Source: Ramazzottius varieornatus
Lineage: Eukaryota; Animalia; Tardigrada
Direction: 5' to 3'
Length of the DNA: 64,000 bases
NCBI GenBank assembly: GCA_001949185.1
Contig: BDGG01000004.1
Coordinates: 3,629,777-3,693,776 of the forward strand
Shown here one piece after another: positions 61,954 through 64,000 of the stretch (its first letter is position 1; every line of letters starts with the position of its first letter). The notes below the pieces were generated by a model that worked only from the letters and a program-made list of their open reading frames with translations, was not told the origin of the DNA and searched no databases. A program made the position numbers and the translations under genes.

Positions 61954-63556
61954 TTACTCGGTCATCGGGATCAGGCGAGCAGAATTTGGTAAGGCAAAGA
62001 TAGGACGATACGTTAGAAAACGATGTGAGAATCGCTGTTTTGCCTGATGAAAGGATCTACGAGGTCGCTGGGTTGAATCGACAGTAAACACTGCCAGATT
62101 CATACGAATCGCTACCGACTGATGGTCAGCACACTTGTGGGCTAAGCTAGTCAGCTCACTCGCTAATGCAGGCTCGAGTTCTTTCTTGATTAGAAATTCG
62201 AACGTCGTACCTGCAGGTAATCCTTTGAAGCCCAAACAGATGACGTAAATCTCCGAGTTACCTGGCTTGCTGGTCGACGGCTTATAGAAAACCACCTGCA
62301 ATAACAGAAGACATACTTTTGGCAAGATCTGGCGAGATCCAAAAGGAAGGTATGTGCCTTAGAAAAGCAAATTCGTAACACTTGAACCAGCTGGCAAGTC
62401 TTCTTTCGGAAGAACGTGAACATCTTAATGACGAAGTTCCCTCCAAGGTCTAACAGCGAAAGTGTCGTCCGTACTTCCGCCAGTTTCAGCTCACTCAAAC
62501 TCAGCTCTTGATCTGCGGGATTATCACTACAGTCAATGCCACCGTCTGCTGTCACTAGGAGTACTTTCTTTCCGTGCGAGCGTGCCGCCTTTACTAATGA
62601 AAGCTGGTTCTCCGGCAATCGGAGGTCTCCAATGTTGTCCGCACCAAAGTGCCAGTTCTTGAGCGTATGTTTGATAAGACGATCATCAGCAATGGCTTCT
62701 TTGGAGTCACTCGCGTAAGGATTCAGACTGGATCCGAGCCACGACCATTCCTGATGTACGGTTGGTTTCCTGACTGCCAAGAAATGATTAAGTGCCGAAA
62801 CGAAGGCGCCAGGAGCTTCACACAGGTGGACAGAGGTGGAACCGCCATGTGGGACGTCAGCTAGCTGGGAGAAGTCGTGAAGAATACTCCAGAATTTCAG
62901 CCACGCGTTAGTACCTAACTCCACGTTTGGATCATTCTTTGTCGAGTATCTGCACAAAGAAAAGAAAACACTCCTGTTACCAGCACTGACTTGAACACGA
63001 GGCGACCAACATAAATCGGTCACCCTGCAGTTGCCATCGTGCATTGCACGAATTCGAGGTGACCGATTCATCTGTATTGCCAAACAAAGCCAACTACTTC
63101 CACTTACCTCAAAGCCGAGGCGAGATCGGTGTAATTCGTCAGACGGTACCAATCCTCAGGAGGCATTCCTCCGACGCGGGCCTTGACTGCATTCAGCTCT
63201 GTCTCCACTAGCTCCATCTCGCTACTAGCATATGGTTCCCGACATCCAGATGAGACGTCGATGTTCGCGGAAGAGATGTCCGAGACGAAGCTGTGCGAGG
63301 CATCCGATAAAGTATAAAGCCGTCCATCCAGATCTTCAATCTGCTTGTTAAGAGCCGCTGTCACAAGCTTGCTCTTCGATTCGCCAGACCAAAACTGCGG
63401 GCATAATGGATGCCGTATTCGGTCAGGTGTGCCGTGGCGCTTCCGAGGTGATCCATGTCTTCCCCTCTGATGAGCTTTCTTCCTCCGCCGTCCTGGCGCA
63501 TTTGCTGCACTATCCGCAATTTTTTCCGATATCAATTCCTGTTCCATAATGTCCAT
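61954..63556 (-). CDS. CMTR2: Cap2 mRNA 2'-O-methyltransferase (FTSJD1/Adrift)
   Basis: TNAWLKFWSIL, VHLCEAPGAFV, SLNPY, LVTADGGIDC, GGNFVIKMFT and KPSTSKPGNSEIYVIC give an intact K-D-K-E tetrad. Confidence 0.92.
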
Positions 63557-64000
63557 ATGCGCAAATCAGGAGGAATCTCAGTGGTTGTTGATTTACTGAG
63601 ACTTGAGTTTAGGAATGGCTGTCACTTGCGGTAATATCATAGCCAACATTACTACACGCCGTGTCATGTCATATCCCTCTTTTAGTAGGTCACCAGCGCA
63701 TAACACGTCCGTGGATCGTGGCACATCGTGGTCCGCCGCTGTTTCGTACAGAGCTCGACAATTTCCAGCAGAAAGGACTTTCTATGATATCACAATAAAT
63801 CAAACCGAACAACATTAAACTTTCAGGATATCAGCATGATAAGAATCGGATACAATCGCTAATTTATAGTGCAAACGTCACCGTAGAGCCCAACAAAAAT
63901 ATACAACTACACGCTGTGGAAAAACTCACACTGGCTTGTTGTGGGTTTTAATCGCGCTGCTCAAAACCCGAAAACGTCTTCTTATCAATCGAAATTTCAT

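Overview
Gene-dense, intron-containing animal genomic DNA. Most introns are about 55-100 nt GT-AG, many intergenic gaps are under 1 kb, and GC is moderate. This resembles very compact invertebrate genomes such as eutardigrades, but that is an inference and no search was run. About 23 protein-coding genes are recognisable, in order: WDR26 (5' part only), CRIM1-like, MCAT, a divergent intronless SKP1-like gene, aftiphilin, PUF60, WDPCP/Fritz, RNASEH2A, HDAC1/Rpd3, TIMM50, UFSP2, an orphan, MRPL48, RPIA, GID4, a long coiled-coil (CCDC175-like?) gene, DLST, WARS1, STIP1/HOP, MGME1, a CIPC-like gene and CMTR2. Most form head-to-head pairs. The unexplained structure is fourfold. (1) Several longer introns are imperfect fold-backs whose stems bring the splice sites back to roughly short-intron distance, and some contain copies of one ~110-bp palindromic element. 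(2) An accessory island at 12.97-16.05 kb holds two inverted-repeat elements and a divergent SKP1 paralog. (3) A G.U-biased long hairpin lies between the convergent HDAC1 and TIMM50 3' ends. (4) An invertebrate CIPC-domain gene has upstream E-boxes. Exon and start coordinates were read by eye and are approximate. Family assignments come from recalled motifs, not database searches.
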